From contig JANOQI010000046.1 in the NCBI GenBank assembly GCA_031414775.1, forward strand, positions 64,001 through 128,000: 64,000 bases of DNA. Direction: 5' to 3'. The notes beneath the pieces are model-generated. The model did no database searches and was not told the DNA's origin. It worked only from the letters and a program-made list of their open reading frames with translations. A program made the translations under genes and the position numbers. Source of the stretch: Synechococcales cyanobacterium VAR_4_metabat_354 (GTDB taxonomy: Bacteria > Cyanobacteriota > Cyanobacteriia > Cyanobacteriales > Chamaesiphonaceae). Positions 21,109 through 30,946 of the stretch are shown one piece after another (the stretch's first letter is position 1; each line of letters begins with the position of its first letter).

Positions 21109-21906
21109 TTAAGTCCAACCTTTGACGGTGTAAATCCAAGTACCAATATATTCCTTGAGAGCTGTCGTGAAATTGTCTAATCGTTGTGAGTCGGGGATCG
21201 CACTCAACGCAGCTGCTTCCCAGTTACGATTAGGTTCATCTAAGGCTAGTTGAGAAGCCAGATAATCGCTGGGTGCCGGGATTACATCCATTTTCAATTT
21301 ACGGAAAATCCGCAGCGACCTGGGCATATGAAAAGCCGAAGTGACCAGTAATACTTTTTTGATCTGGTGACCTACCATGATTTTTTGAACATTTACGGCA
21401 TTCTCGTAAGTGTTTAATGAATCGGGTTCTTCGATAATGGCCGCTGCTGGAATGCCCAGATCATTAGTGAGCACTTTGGCCATATCCGAAGATTCTGGAT
21501 CACCATAATCTTTCCAGTCAATCCGACCACCACTGATGATGATCAGCGGTGCTTTCCCCTGTTTATAGAGCTGAGCCGCATAAATCACTCGATCGCCTCT
21601 TTCACTTAGATCGACTCCGGGACGGGGATAAGATTTAGATCTGGTCGCTCCACCCAGTAATATGATCGCTTCCGCCGTGGGCATATCGCCGGAGGGGATA
21701 TTTTGCCATTCCAAGGATTTGATAATTTGGTTGGTTGTCCAAGCATTGCTAGAGAGCAAGATCGTAGCCAAGGCTAGCGCGACGGGGACTGCTGACCAGC
21801 GGGATTTTCGCCAAATCATGGCCAGGGTAATAATTAGCAGCAGGCTAGCGATGCCCAGGGGGTACAAAAAGATAGGTGGGAGCAGCTTGGAGAGAAATAA
21901 AGACAT
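21109..21906 (-). CDS. YdcF/DUF218 (ElyC-like) protein
   Basis: AIILLGG, IIISGG, SLNTYENA, LVTSAFHMPRS, KEYIG. Confidence 0.9.
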   Translation of the reverse strand: MSLFLSKLLPPIFLYPLGIASLLLIITLAMIWRKSRWSAVPVALALATILLSSNAWTTNQIIKSLEWQNIPSGDMPTAEAIILLGGATRSKSYPRPGVDLSERGDRVIYAAQLYKQGKAPLIIISGGRIDWKDYGDPESSDMAKVLTNDLGIPAAAIIEEPDSLNTYENAVNVQKIMVGHQIKKVLLVTSAFHMPRSLRIFRKLKMDVIPAPSDYLASQLALDEPNRNWEAAALSAIPDSQRLDNFTTALKEYIGTWIYTVKGWT

Positions 21907-22079
21907 TAGCTAGATCGCAAGATATTCTGTTATTCAGTCAGAGGTGATTCTCTCATAATCTTTGGGCATTTGGGGGGTCTTAACTATCGCTGCCAAAAAG
22001 TCGTCTTGGGAGCAATTTTTCTATGCGTGGTAGCCAGAAATGTTACATTACAAAGACGAAATTCTTCCCCACTTTCTTT

Positions 22080-23531
22080 ATGATTAATACCGTTCTGTTC
22101 TGGCATCGGCGTGACCTGCGTATTGTCGATAATGTCGGTTTAGATGCGGCTGTACAAACTGGAGCAATGGTGATGGGAGTTTTTTGTCTAGATTCCGCTT
22201 ACCTCGACCCGGCAAAAATTGCTGCGGCTCAAGTTGATTATGTGCTGGACTCTTTGCAGCTGCTTCAGCAGGATTACGCCGCAGCTGGTAGTAGGCTATT
22301 AATTACGAGACAATCTGCAATAACCGGGATTGTGGAGTTGGCAACTGGCTTAGGAGCTACGGCTTTGTACTGCAATGAATCTGTTGAACCCTATTATCGG
22401 CAACTAGATCAACAGATCGAAACAAATTTGCAGGAGAAGGGGATTGGGTTTAAAAGTTTTTGGGATCATCTCCTGCAAGCTCCAAAGACAGTTTATAGTG
22501 GTAGCAACCAACCCTACACAGTTTATACACCCTACTGGCGAAATTGGCAGGGTCGATCAAAAGCGACACCTATTGAGATAGGAAAATTCCCCAAGCTAGA
22601 GTTATCAGTAGCGGCGCAAACGGCGATCGATCGATTAACAATTCCCATCCCTACTTTGGCCGAACTGGGATTTACTTGGAATAAGTCCCAAATTTTAGCA
22701 GCTGGCACAGTCGCAGCCCAACAGCGTTTGGAACTTTTTACGGTTAAAGCGATTAATCACTATGATGTTGATCGCAACTTTCCAGCAATCGATGGCACTT
22801 CTACGCTCAGTCCAGCGCTGGCTTGGGGAACAATCGGTATTCGGACAGTCTGGCAAGCGACAACCCGCGCGATGGCTCAGGCTAATAGCGATGAAGCCCG
22901 CCAGGGAATTACTACTTGGCAGCAGGAGATTGCTTGGCGCGAATTCTATCATCAAGCCCTCTATCATTTTCCCCAGCTGTTAACTGGTCCTTATCGCCCA
23001 CTCTGGAATGATTTCCCCTGGTCTAATGATCGAGAGCGCTTTGATGCCTGGTGCAAAGGAAAGACTGGCTATCCGATCGTGGATGCCGCAATGCTCCAAC
23101 TAAATGAGACGGGCTGGATGCACAATCGTTGCCGGATGATTGTGGCCAGCTTTTTAACCAAAGACTTAATGATTAACTGGCAGTGGGGCGAGGAATATTT
23201 TATGCAAACTTTAGTGGATGGTGAACCCGCTGCCAACAATGGGGGTTGGCAGTGGAGTGCCTCCAGTGGTATGGATCCCAAACCTTTACGAATTTTTAAT
23301 CCATCCACCCAAGCCCAGAAATTTGATGCCCAGGGCGACTATATTCGGCATTGGCTACCAGAATTGCGATCAATTGATACCAAAGATTTGGTAATCGGTA
23401 AGATTCCACCGCTGTGGCGAGCCAGCAGTGGTTATCCAGAACCGATTGTTGATCACAATATCCAACAACGCGAGTTTAAACGGCTATATCAACTGTTGAA
23501 AACTAGCGACAAATCATCCCTGCCCGACTAG
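22080..23531 (+). CDS. phrA: Class I CPD DNA photolyase
   Basis: WHRRDLRIVDN, TSTLSPAL, GKTGYPIVDAAM, GWMHNRCRMIVASFLTKDL, NNGGWQW, RIFNP; likely start ATG 22080. Confidence 0.93.
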   Translation: MINTVLFWHRRDLRIVDNVGLDAAVQTGAMVMGVFCLDSAYLDPAKIAAAQVDYVLDSLQLLQQDYAAAGSRLLITRQSAITGIVELATGLGATALYCNESVEPYYRQLDQQIETNLQEKGIGFKSFWDHLLQAPKTVYSGSNQPYTVYTPYWRNWQGRSKATPIEIGKFPKLELSVAAQTAIDRLTIPIPTLAELGFTWNKSQILAAGTVAAQQRLELFTVKAINHYDVDRNFPAIDGTSTLSPALAWGTIGIRTVWQATTRAMAQANSDEARQGITTWQQEIAWREFYHQALYHFPQLLTGPYRPLWNDFPWSNDRERFDAWCKGKTGYPIVDAAMLQLNETGWMHNRCRMIVASFLTKDLMINWQWGEEYFMQTLVDGEPAANNGGWQWSASSGMDPKPLRIFNPSTQAQKFDAQGDYIRHWLPELRSIDTKDLVIGKIPPLWRASSGYPEPIVDHNIQQREFKRLYQLLKTSDKSSLPD

Positions 23532-23880
23532 CTGTGCAGTTAGACCCGTGGGCAGCACCACCTCTAAAACCGCCGCGTCCACCGCCCGATTGGTGGTTAT
23601 CATGACGCCTGAAACCGCTGCGTCCACCGCCGGATTGGTAATATCGACCGTAGCCATCACCACGCCTGAAACCGCCCCGTCCGCTACCCGATCTTTGGTA
23701 CCAACTGCGATAATGACGGCGGCGGTAGCCAGCACGACTAGCTATCATCGTAGGTGCAGTACTTACTAATGATAAGGAGCTGTTATTGCTGGTGGTATTG
23801 ACAGCAGCTTGGGCGGGCAGTAGTTCGACTGTCATCACTAAACCGACGATGATACTAACTAAAATTTTAATTTTTGGCAT
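23503..23880 (-). CDS. Secreted Gly/Arg-rich repeat protein
   Basis: Signal peptide (LPAQA) plus three (Y/H)Q.SGGGRGGFRR-like repeats. Confidence 0.6.
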   Translation of the reverse strand: MPKIKILVSIIVGLVMTVELLPAQAAVNTTSNNSSLSLVSTAPTMIASRAGYRRRHYRSWYQRSGSGRGGFRRGDGYGRYYQSGGGRSGFRRHDNHQSGGGRGGFRGGAAHGSNCTASRAGMICR

Positions 23881-23928
23881 GATAAATAGAACTTTGTAAG
23901 GAACCTTTCTTTATCTTAGGTCAACTTT

Positions 23929-25365
23929 CTAGCTGGTTGTGACATTTTTTACCCAGTCAGCAGCAGCAGCTAGGGTGGCATGGACAGCTGATAAAGTTGG
24001 AGCTTCGCAGTAGAGGCGCAATACTGGTTCGGTACCACTAAAGCGAATTAACAACCAACTGCTGTCGGCTAAATGTAGTTTATAACCATCAGTAGTTTGC
24101 AACCTGACGACTGCCTGGTTATTGATTGTCTGGATGGGTGCTGTGGCTAGTTTATCAATCAGAATTGTCCTGACATTCATACTAGCTAGCTGGAGATCAT
24201 CTCGATCGTAGGCCGAGAAATAATTAGTTTGATTTTGGATTTGGCGGTATTGTTCACCTAAGTCTTGCTGAGTATCGGCGATCGATTCCAACAGATACAA
24301 AGCTGAGAGTAGGGCATCGCGCTCGGGAATATGATGTCCGTAGCCAATTCCGCCTGATTCTTCCCCACCAATTAAGACCGGGGTTTCTAACATACGATCG
24401 GCAATGTATTTGTAGCCAATTGGTGTTTCATACACCGGTAGATTATATAAAGCAGCGATTTTTGGAACCAAATCCGAAGTACTAACGGTCTTGACTACTT
24501 CCCCCCTCAGACCCCGCTTTTGATGCAAATGCTGAATTAAAATCGGCAGTAAAATTTGGGAGCTAAGAAAGTTACCGTCTCGATCGACCGCCGCAATCCG
24601 ATCACTATCACCATCAAAGGCCAAACCGATAGCAATGTTATTTGGCTGTTCGAGTTGTCTGTCGCGCACTTGATCACAGAGTTCAACTAAGTGATGTGCT
24701 AAAGGTTCGGGAGCAGTACCCCCAAAAAAGGGATCAGCGTTGCCATGTAACTCATGGACTGCTGATCCCAGTAATCGCTCCAAGCCAGTGGCTGCTGCTC
24801 CGTGCATCACATCAGCGAATACCTGAATTTTTCCTTGTTCAACTAACTGCTGAATTTTGGCGATATTTACTTGTTTACTAATAGCTGCACAATAACTGGG
24901 CCAAGGATCGAATTCTACTAAGCTCCCCGGATGACCAGTATTGATCAATTCATCCAGACGAGCTTCAATGCGCTGGGTCAATTCCGGCGCCACTGAACCA
25001 CCAAAATTACCTTTTACTTTGAGTCCTAAATAGTGGCCAGGATTATGACTAGCGGTAATTACCAAAGCCCCCAGCGCATTCTGGCTGTGCGCCGCCCAGC
25101 TAAAAGCCGGGGTGGGGGCAAAAGTATTGCTTAAAATTACTTCAAAGCCAGCTTGTTGCAGACCTGCCGCCATTTTCTGGGCAAACATCTCGGCCATGAA
25201 CCTTCGATCGAACCCGACAATGATCCGGCGATTATTGGTTTTGGCGGCAAAGGTTTCCAGTAATACTTGGGCGGCGATCGGAGCCACCATCAATAACTTT
25301 TTAAAGGTAAATTCTTGGGCAATGACTCCCCGCCAACCATCAGTACCAAATTTAATTTTTTCCAC
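23929..25365 (-). CDS. Phosphoglucomutase/phosphomannomutase family
   Basis: FGTDGWRG, ITASHNP, FDGDSDR, GEESG, RFSGTEP. Confidence 0.95.
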   Translation of the reverse strand: MEKIKFGTDGWRGVIAQEFTFKKLLMVAPIAAQVLLETFAAKTNNRRIIVGFDRRFMAEMFAQKMAAGLQQAGFEVILSNTFAPTPAFSWAAHSQNALGALVITASHNPGHYLGLKVKGNFGGSVAPELTQRIEARLDELINTGHPGSLVEFDPWPSYCAAISKQVNIAKIQQLVEQGKIQVFADVMHGAAATGLERLLGSAVHELHGNADPFFGGTAPEPLAHHLVELCDQVRDRQLEQPNNIAIGLAFDGDSDRIAAVDRDGNFLSSQILLPILIQHLHQKRGLRGEVVKTVSTSDLVPKIAALYNLPVYETPIGYKYIADRMLETPVLIGGEESGGIGYGHHIPERDALLSALYLLESIADTQQDLGEQYRQIQNQTNYFSAYDRDDLQLASMNVRTILIDKLATAPIQTINNQAVVRLQTTDGYKLHLADSSWLLIRFSGTEPVLRLYCEAPTLSAVHATLAAAADWVKNVTTS

Positions 25366-25521
25366 AATTTTCGGATCAGTAGCAACAGCTTTTTTAGTTT
25401 AACCTTTGCTGTCTAGCCTTTTGCTGGCAAAAGAAAAAGGGCGTTGCTGAATCATGGGATGAAAACAGATAACTCAAAAATTCAGAAGCCTGACCAGCTC
25501 TATTTTTCACTTTCTACAACT

Positions 25522-25992
25522 TACAGCGGTTTGCAGGGAAGAAAGGCACAATAAAAGATAGAAAGAAGTAGGTCAAGTCATAAAACCATACTCCATAGAT
25601 TTAAGAGAAAGGATGTGAGGGCAGTTGAAGAGGGCGGCTCTATTAGAAAAGTAGCCCAAAGTTTTGATGTCGGCAAAAATCTAGTCCAAAAATTAGTTAC
25701 ACAAAAGCGAGCTAAAGGCCATGTGATACCAGGTAAACAGGGTGGCTGGCTATATTCGAGAGGAAACCTGATGCTACCCTAAAGGAATATTGTGAATTAT
25801 TCGCTGATGAAACTGAGCTATGAGTGAGCTAAGCCACCATGTGCCGGACTTTCCAGAAGCTAAATTTACTACTCAAAAAAACGCTCCGCAGTAGTCAAGC
25901 CTAGACAGAACGAGTTTAACTGTTGAGAGGGGAATATTGGCGAGAAGTAAAGGATATAGAACTGAAGAACTTGGTTTTTCTTGATGAAATGA
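25522..25992 (+). mobile_element. Degenerate IS630-family transposase relic
   Basis: Fragments read KPYSIDLRER..AVEEGGSIRKVAQSFDVGKNLVQKL..IPGKQGG, PDATLKEYCELF, KKTLRSSQA and LVFLDEM, with frameshifts and stops; possible left end TA-CAGCGGTTTGCAG at 25522. Confidence 0.8.
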
Positions 25993-26199
25993 GGTTTTTG
26001 ATTTTAGCGATCGCCGTTCAGCTTGTTGCTGATGGCTTAATAGATATACTGAAGGAGTCTGCTCCAAATTTGCTAAAATGAAATAAAAATTCTGACTCTA
26101 CTTTATCACTTTTTACTCTCTTTATTAACTATTTCTTAGAGCTTACTGTATTTATTTGGGGTGTATTTACCGTGATCGGCTTAGGCTAGAATGTCCATT

Positions 26200-26553
26200 C
26201 TAATTAATTTTGCGGTTGTGTGGACAGAAGTCTCTACAATCACTTGCTTGCTCTGTCAGCGCAGTGACTGGATGAACAGTGCATTGAAGATATGTATTAT
26301 TGCTAAAATATTGGCAGCGATAACACGGAACGGGGTGATATTTATCAAAGCTTACTGAATGCTGTCTACTTTTGGGAATGTAAGCATAAATCAAAGTGCT
26401 GATCGTTGAGAATATCATAAAGCTAATAACGATTAGAAAAGCTGCATCCAGATTTTCAATCCTTCGCTGACTGGGAGCAAGTGAATTGGATGGCTGAATT
26501 GTGATTGTTTTCGTGTCCATTTGCATTTTCTCCATAAGGATTTTCGTTTGCAC
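26200..26553 (-). CDS. Small TM protein with C-terminal CxxC...CTVHP...C motif
   Basis: TM helix then VPCYRCQYFSNNTYLQCTVHPVTALTEQASDCRDF. Confidence 0.7.
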   Translation of the reverse strand: MQTKILMEKMQMDTKTITIQPSNSLAPSQRRIENLDAAFLIVISFMIFSTISTLIYAYIPKSRQHSVSFDKYHPVPCYRCQYFSNNTYLQCTVHPVTALTEQASDCRDFCPHNRKIN

Positions 26554-26958
26554 TTCATATTCATATTTAGTGACACCACATGGTTAGATGCCATCTGAGT
26601 TATCTTCATCACCATTTGATGATGAAGAATCATCATTTAGATAAAATATCAATCAAGTTTTCTATCTTTCAGACTACGCTCAGGTTATGAGGAAGTTGTG
26701 AGCGTTGGCCTAGTCTCTCCGGTTCTAAAATAAACTATACAAGTGGCTCCGTTGATTTAATTACATTTGAGACATTCTGGTATGTTCTATTTTTAAATCT
26801 ATATGCCTCTTTAGAGGGAGAAATATACCTCGGAAGTCTATTAAAGGGAGTACTAGGCTAGGAACTTAATTTGTGTCGATCGGACGATTATCTTCTAGTG
26901 GTTGAACTGATAGAGTGTGGGGTATTAAGTTCCTTTTGAAACCACTATCAGGCTTTTT

Positions 26959-27117
26959 ATGCCCCGACTACTTGGAAAACCTTCAAAGACTCCTTTGTAC
27001 ATTGGAGTTGCTTTACTGGTTACCATCACTGGTGCAGTTGCACTGGAATATTACGGCACCATCGACGTAATTCCAGGATTTGGTCAAGACCATAAAGCCA
27101 TCAGACGTTACCTTTAA
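26959..27117 (+). CDS. Unlisted 52-aa single-TM protein
   Basis: MPRLLGKPSKTPLYIGVALLVTITGAVALEYYGTIDVIPGFGQDHKAIRRYL*; lies just upstream of the PRC-barrel gene. Confidence 0.65.
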   Translation: MPRLLGKPSKTPLYIGVALLVTITGAVALEYYGTIDVIPGFGQDHKAIRRYL

Positions 27118-27201
27118 TGTCTAGATGTCTAGCACCTCAGATTCTGACTGACAGGTTCACTATAAATTAAGCAATTCCCAAATTCAAGGAAGGTAACGAT
27201 T

Positions 27202-28593
27202 GTGCGCAAGGGAAAAGATATCGTTGGTAAACCGGTAATCGCCTATGATTCCGGCGAGAAAATTGAAACTATTATGGATCTGATTTTTGACCAGTATGAT
27301 AACCGCCTGCTAGGATTTTTGATTGACGAAGCTGGTTGGTTCCACAATGCCAAAGTTTTGCCACTAGACCTAGTAAAAGCGATTGGGGTTGATGCTGTCA
27401 TTATTCCTTCTAAAGATATGATTGCTTCTTCTAGTGAATACGCCTCTATTCATAAGATCTTAGAGAAAAATAATGTTCTAAATGGTACCCGCATCATGAC
27501 TACTGATGGTCATGATTTAGGCACTTTAGTTGATTTTTACTTTGATGAGAATACTGGGGCTGTCGAAGGCTATGAAGCTTCTGGAGGATTGTTTGCTGAT
27601 GCCTACTCTGGAAGGTCGTTTGTACCTGCTCCCCAGACTCTCAAAATTGGTGAGGATGTCGCGTTTGTACCAGCGGAGACAGCAGGCTTGATGGAAGAGC
27701 AAGTTGGCGGCTTGAAAGCTGCTATGCAAAATGCTGGTGAAAAGCTGCAAGATACAACTCAAGTAGCAGGAGAAAAAATGCAAGAAGCTGGGCGAGCCGT
27801 TAACACGAAGTTAACCGACATAATTGTCGATAAAGCAGCTCAGAAAGCTTTTGTACTGGATAAGGTGGCTCGCAAAACAGTTGATGCTCCTAACGGCAGT
27901 CATTTGGTGATGACAGGCGAAGTTATTAACTTAGATGTGTCTAACATTGCCGAACAGCTAGGAATACTTGATGAACTGTATCGATCGGCTGGCGGCAATC
28001 TAACTAAACCATTAGGTGAGCAAATGGGTAATGCTGTTGCGACCCTGACAGTGGAGCAAGCCCAAGGGCGACGTTCACAACAAGCCGTTTACACCCCAGA
28101 AGGTTATATTGTTGCGGCTCAAGGTCAAATTGTGACGGCCCAAGTGATCGATCGCGCTAAGGTCAACCACCGGGAATCAGCTTTGTTGGAAGCAGTCGGT
28201 CTTTCTAGCTCAGGCGCTGCCCAATCTCAAGCTAGTAATATAGCCAATATCACTGGTGATCGGCTTAAAACAACAACGGCAGTCGCCCAAGAAGGTGCGG
28301 CTAATCTTTGGGATAAGGTGAAAGAGACTGCCAGCGATTTGCACGGGCGGAGCGCAGAGGCTCTCAACGAACAGAGAATCAAAGGAGCTTTAGGTCGTCC
28401 TACCACTCGAGTAATTCTCGATCGCAATGACGAGGTAATTTTAAACGTAGGCGAACTAATTACTCACAAATCTCTTGATAGCGCTCGAACAGCAGGTATC
28501 TTAGATCTCCTACTAGACTCAGTTTATACCGAGACCCCCAAATTATCTCTAGAAGAACTACGAGCACCAGGAACTGGTAAATCTGCTCTTTAA
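27202..28593 (+). CDS. Tandem PRC-barrel protein with LEA-like helical segments
   Basis: IVGKPVIAYDSGEKIETIMDLIFD and LNGTRIMTTDGHDLGTLVDFYFDENTGAVEGYE; AAGGAAGG RBS. Confidence 0.85.
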   Translation: MRKGKDIVGKPVIAYDSGEKIETIMDLIFDQYDNRLLGFLIDEAGWFHNAKVLPLDLVKAIGVDAVIIPSKDMIASSSEYASIHKILEKNNVLNGTRIMTTDGHDLGTLVDFYFDENTGAVEGYEASGGLFADAYSGRSFVPAPQTLKIGEDVAFVPAETAGLMEEQVGGLKAAMQNAGEKLQDTTQVAGEKMQEAGRAVNTKLTDIIVDKAAQKAFVLDKVARKTVDAPNGSHLVMTGEVINLDVSNIAEQLGILDELYRSAGGNLTKPLGEQMGNAVATLTVEQAQGRRSQQAVYTPEGYIVAAQGQIVTAQVIDRAKVNHRESALLEAVGLSSSGAAQSQASNIANITGDRLKTTTAVAQEGAANLWDKVKETASDLHGRSAEALNEQRIKGALGRPTTRVILDRNDEVILNVGELITHKSLDSARTAGILDLLLDSVYTETPKLSLEELRAPGTGKSAL

Positions 28594-28788
28594 AAGATAT
28601 CTCAAGCTGGTTAAAGTCCCCATTGTTTTCTCATTCCAAGAAGAAACAATGGAGATTTCTAGTATATCTACCAAGTGAAGATTACTGCGATCATCCTTAG
28701 CATAAAAGCTTTCAGTATTCTCTATTTATAACTTCAGTATTTTTTTAAAATTCATCCATTTTTCCAAATTCTCTTCGAGTAACTTGCT

Positions 28789-29055
28789 ATGTTCATCCCA
28801 AATCAACTCCAGTTCATTATATCTATTTGCAAAGTGACCTTTACAGCTGGTCTGGTGCTGATTTCAATCAACTTCGTCTGGTCACGTTGGAAATTTCTCC
28901 AAAAACGCCGGATGAATTTTCGGCACTCGCTTCATATCCCTTGTAGTCACTGCATTTTTTTCACAGACGAACATATCCTCAAATGTGCGGTTCATCCTTG
29001 TAAGGCATTGAAGAAAGAGGCTATCGATTGCTTAGACTATCAACCTGCTCACTAG
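28789..29055 (+). CDS. Small TM protein with CxxC...CAVHP...C motif (paralog of 26200-26553)
   Basis: IPCSHCIFFTDEHILKCAVHPCKALKKEAIDCLDY. Confidence 0.7.
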   Translation: MFIPNQLQFIISICKVTFTAGLVLISINFVWSRWKFLQKRRMNFRHSLHIPCSHCIFFTDEHILKCAVHPCKALKKEAIDCLDYQPAH

Positions 29056-29119
29056 TATAGATAGCATTGAAAAATCCAATGTTTGAGAACCTTAGGCAAG
29101 AGTGCTTAGCGCAAATCCT

Positions 29120-29197
29120 CTCTATCCATTGACTTCAACAATTATTTTAGAGCTCATCCACTTGATAGAAGTAGAGAATATATCCAGCTGATAAAAT
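29120..29197 (+). promoter_or_regulatory. Paired boxes plus -10 element upstream of the desaturase operon
   Basis: CTCTATC-CATT-GACTTCA; 33 nt later CTCATCC-ACTT-GATAGAA; then 21 nt and TAAAAT. Confidence 0.6.
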
Positions 29198-29252
29198 TTA
29201 GTCCAAAACAACGATAGTGTATAAATACATTTCACTGCCAGGAGAAACGAAA

Positions 29253-30047
29253 TTGACCAACTACTCATTTGGGTTCTATGGACTGGCCTTCTTTGGGATT
29301 ATCCTGGTACGGTATTTTATCTCAGCCGGAGCTACACATTTACTTTTGTATGGAAATTTTAGTCAACCAGCTACTGACAAAGATCCTGGCTCTTTATTAA
29401 AGAATCTACTACCACCATGGCAATTTTCTTGCAGACAAGCTCCGTCAACAATTAAGCGAGATATTAAACTTTCAGTGCTTTCCTCGATCATATTTGCACT
29501 GGGTGCAGCATCGATTATGTCGGCATATGACTTGGGCAGCACGCGACTGTATTCCGATATTCACCAGTATCCATTATGGTATTTAGGTGTTAGTTATGTT
29601 GTGTCGATCCTACTTCAAGATACCTACTTTTATTTCTTACACCGATTATTTCACCACCCTTTGCTATTTCGCTGGTGGCATCAGGGTCATCACTTATCAA
29701 AAAATCCTACGCCTTGGACATCTTTTGCTTTCGATCCACCAGAAGCAATCGTCCAAGCATTGTTTCTAGTAGGAATTGTCTTCCTAATTCCACTTCATTT
29801 CATTACTGTTATTGCAGTGCTCAGTACCATGACGGTCTGGGGAATTGTGAATCATCTTGGACTCGAACAGCTACCTGCTAATTTTCCCCATCATTGGTGC
29901 GGTCGCTGGTTCACGGGTCCAGCTCACCACGCCATTCATCATCGCCAATACACATTGCATTATGGGCTGTATTTTACTTTTTGGGACAGACAACTCGGCA
30001 CCCAATCACTTCACTATGAGGAGGAACTTGCTGATGTCACTCACTGA
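29253..30047 (+). CDS. Sterol desaturase / fatty acid hydroxylase family
   Basis: DTYFYFLHRLFHH, HQGHH, NH and HHAIHH His boxes; HYGLYFTFWDR; TTG start after GGAG. Confidence 0.9.
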   Translation: MTNYSFGFYGLAFFGIILVRYFISAGATHLLLYGNFSQPATDKDPGSLLKNLLPPWQFSCRQAPSTIKRDIKLSVLSSIIFALGAASIMSAYDLGSTRLYSDIHQYPLWYLGVSYVVSILLQDTYFYFLHRLFHHPLLFRWWHQGHHLSKNPTPWTSFAFDPPEAIVQALFLVGIVFLIPLHFITVIAVLSTMTVWGIVNHLGLEQLPANFPHHWCGRWFTGPAHHAIHHRQYTLHYGLYFTFWDRQLGTQSLHYEEELADVTH

Positions 30048-30318
30048 AATAAATATTAATGACCTAGATCAACTGAATCAGTTTCGTCTAGAGCGCCTTT
30101 TACACTTTTTTACTTCTAGCTTGCCACTTTGTCTAATTCAGGTTGATACTAGCAATAATACGCTGGTTGTATATTGCCCTTATGCAAAAATTGTAGACGA
30201 GTTACTAGATGAATTCGAAGATTTATGTCACCATGCCTGGTTGATTTTAGGAGTAAGTGAGATCGCTTTATACTTCTGTCAAGAGGAAATTTTGCACATT
30301 AATATTTACTCGCACTAG
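30034..30318 (+). CDS. Hypothetical protein overlapping the desaturase 3' end
   Basis: ATG 30034 overlaps the upstream stop; MSLTEININDLDQLNQFRLERL...AWLILGV. Confidence 0.65.
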   Translation: MSLTEININDLDQLNQFRLERLLHFFTSSLPLCLIQVDTSNNTLVVYCPYAKIVDELLDEFEDLCHHAWLILGVSEIALYFCQEEILHINIYSH

Positions 30319-30352
30319 TCAGCAAAGGAAAGAAGATTTGTTAGAGTTTTCT

Positions 30353-30471
30353 ATCTACCAATGGAGAGAATAGATAGCCAACCATGATGGAATTATTTGT
30401 ATCGATCGATAGAGCTGCCAATGCATCATTCAGCAGATGTACTTATTAACCAACTCCCATATGCTTAGAGT
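30353..30471 (+). promoter_or_regulatory. Three 7-4-7 boxes plus -10 element
   Basis: ATCTACC-AATG-GAGAGAA (30353), TTGTATC-GATC-GATAGAG (30397), ATCATTC-AGCA-GATGTAC (30425); TAGAGT 23 nt after the last. Confidence 0.5.
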
Positions 30472-30515
30472 GTTACAGAAGCCATGATGGCCAATCTGTA
30501 AATGTCCTAACAATT

Positions 30516-30878
30516 ATGAGTGGCAATCCAATGACTACTAAAAGCTCTCAAACAAATGTGCCCCAGCATGATGTTTTAGAAATAGTGATTCCACAAGATC
30601 AAGAAGGTACCGAGCTATATGACACCCCCACCCCTGATAGCTACGATCCACACATAGTTCCAGCTGAAACAGCAGCTAGAAAAGAGCGGGAGGGAGATAA
30701 TTTCAAACATCTGGCTGAACACCCTCTCGGATCTAATAGCATCGATACGACTGGTGGTTTTACTGTTGACAAAGAAGGATTGGTGAATAATTTCGGCATT
30801 GAACCAGAAATGTACTACGAAACACCTGGCGATGTATCAGACGAAGAAAACAGCGATTTAGAGCAGCTAGACATGTAA
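30516..30878 (+). CDS. Acidic, probably disordered hypothetical protein
   Basis: YDPHIVPAETAARKEREG...IDTTGGFTVDKEGLVNNFGIEPEMYYETPGD. Confidence 0.75.
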   Translation: MSGNPMTTKSSQTNVPQHDVLEIVIPQDQEGTELYDTPTPDSYDPHIVPAETAARKEREGDNFKHLAEHPLGSNSIDTTGGFTVDKEGLVNNFGIEPEMYYETPGDVSDEENSDLEQLDM

Positions 30879-30946
30879 CTAAATATCCGTGTCGTGACGC
30901 ATGGATACTACCCAAGTCAATATAAATAAACCTTAGGAGAAACCTA

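Noticed and set aside
23560..23710. Repeats as a CRISPR array
   Set aside because: In-frame coding repeats, imperfect, with no spacers of CRISPR size and no cas genes
25873..26067. 64-aa minus-strand ORF
   Set aside because: Antisense to the IS630 relic
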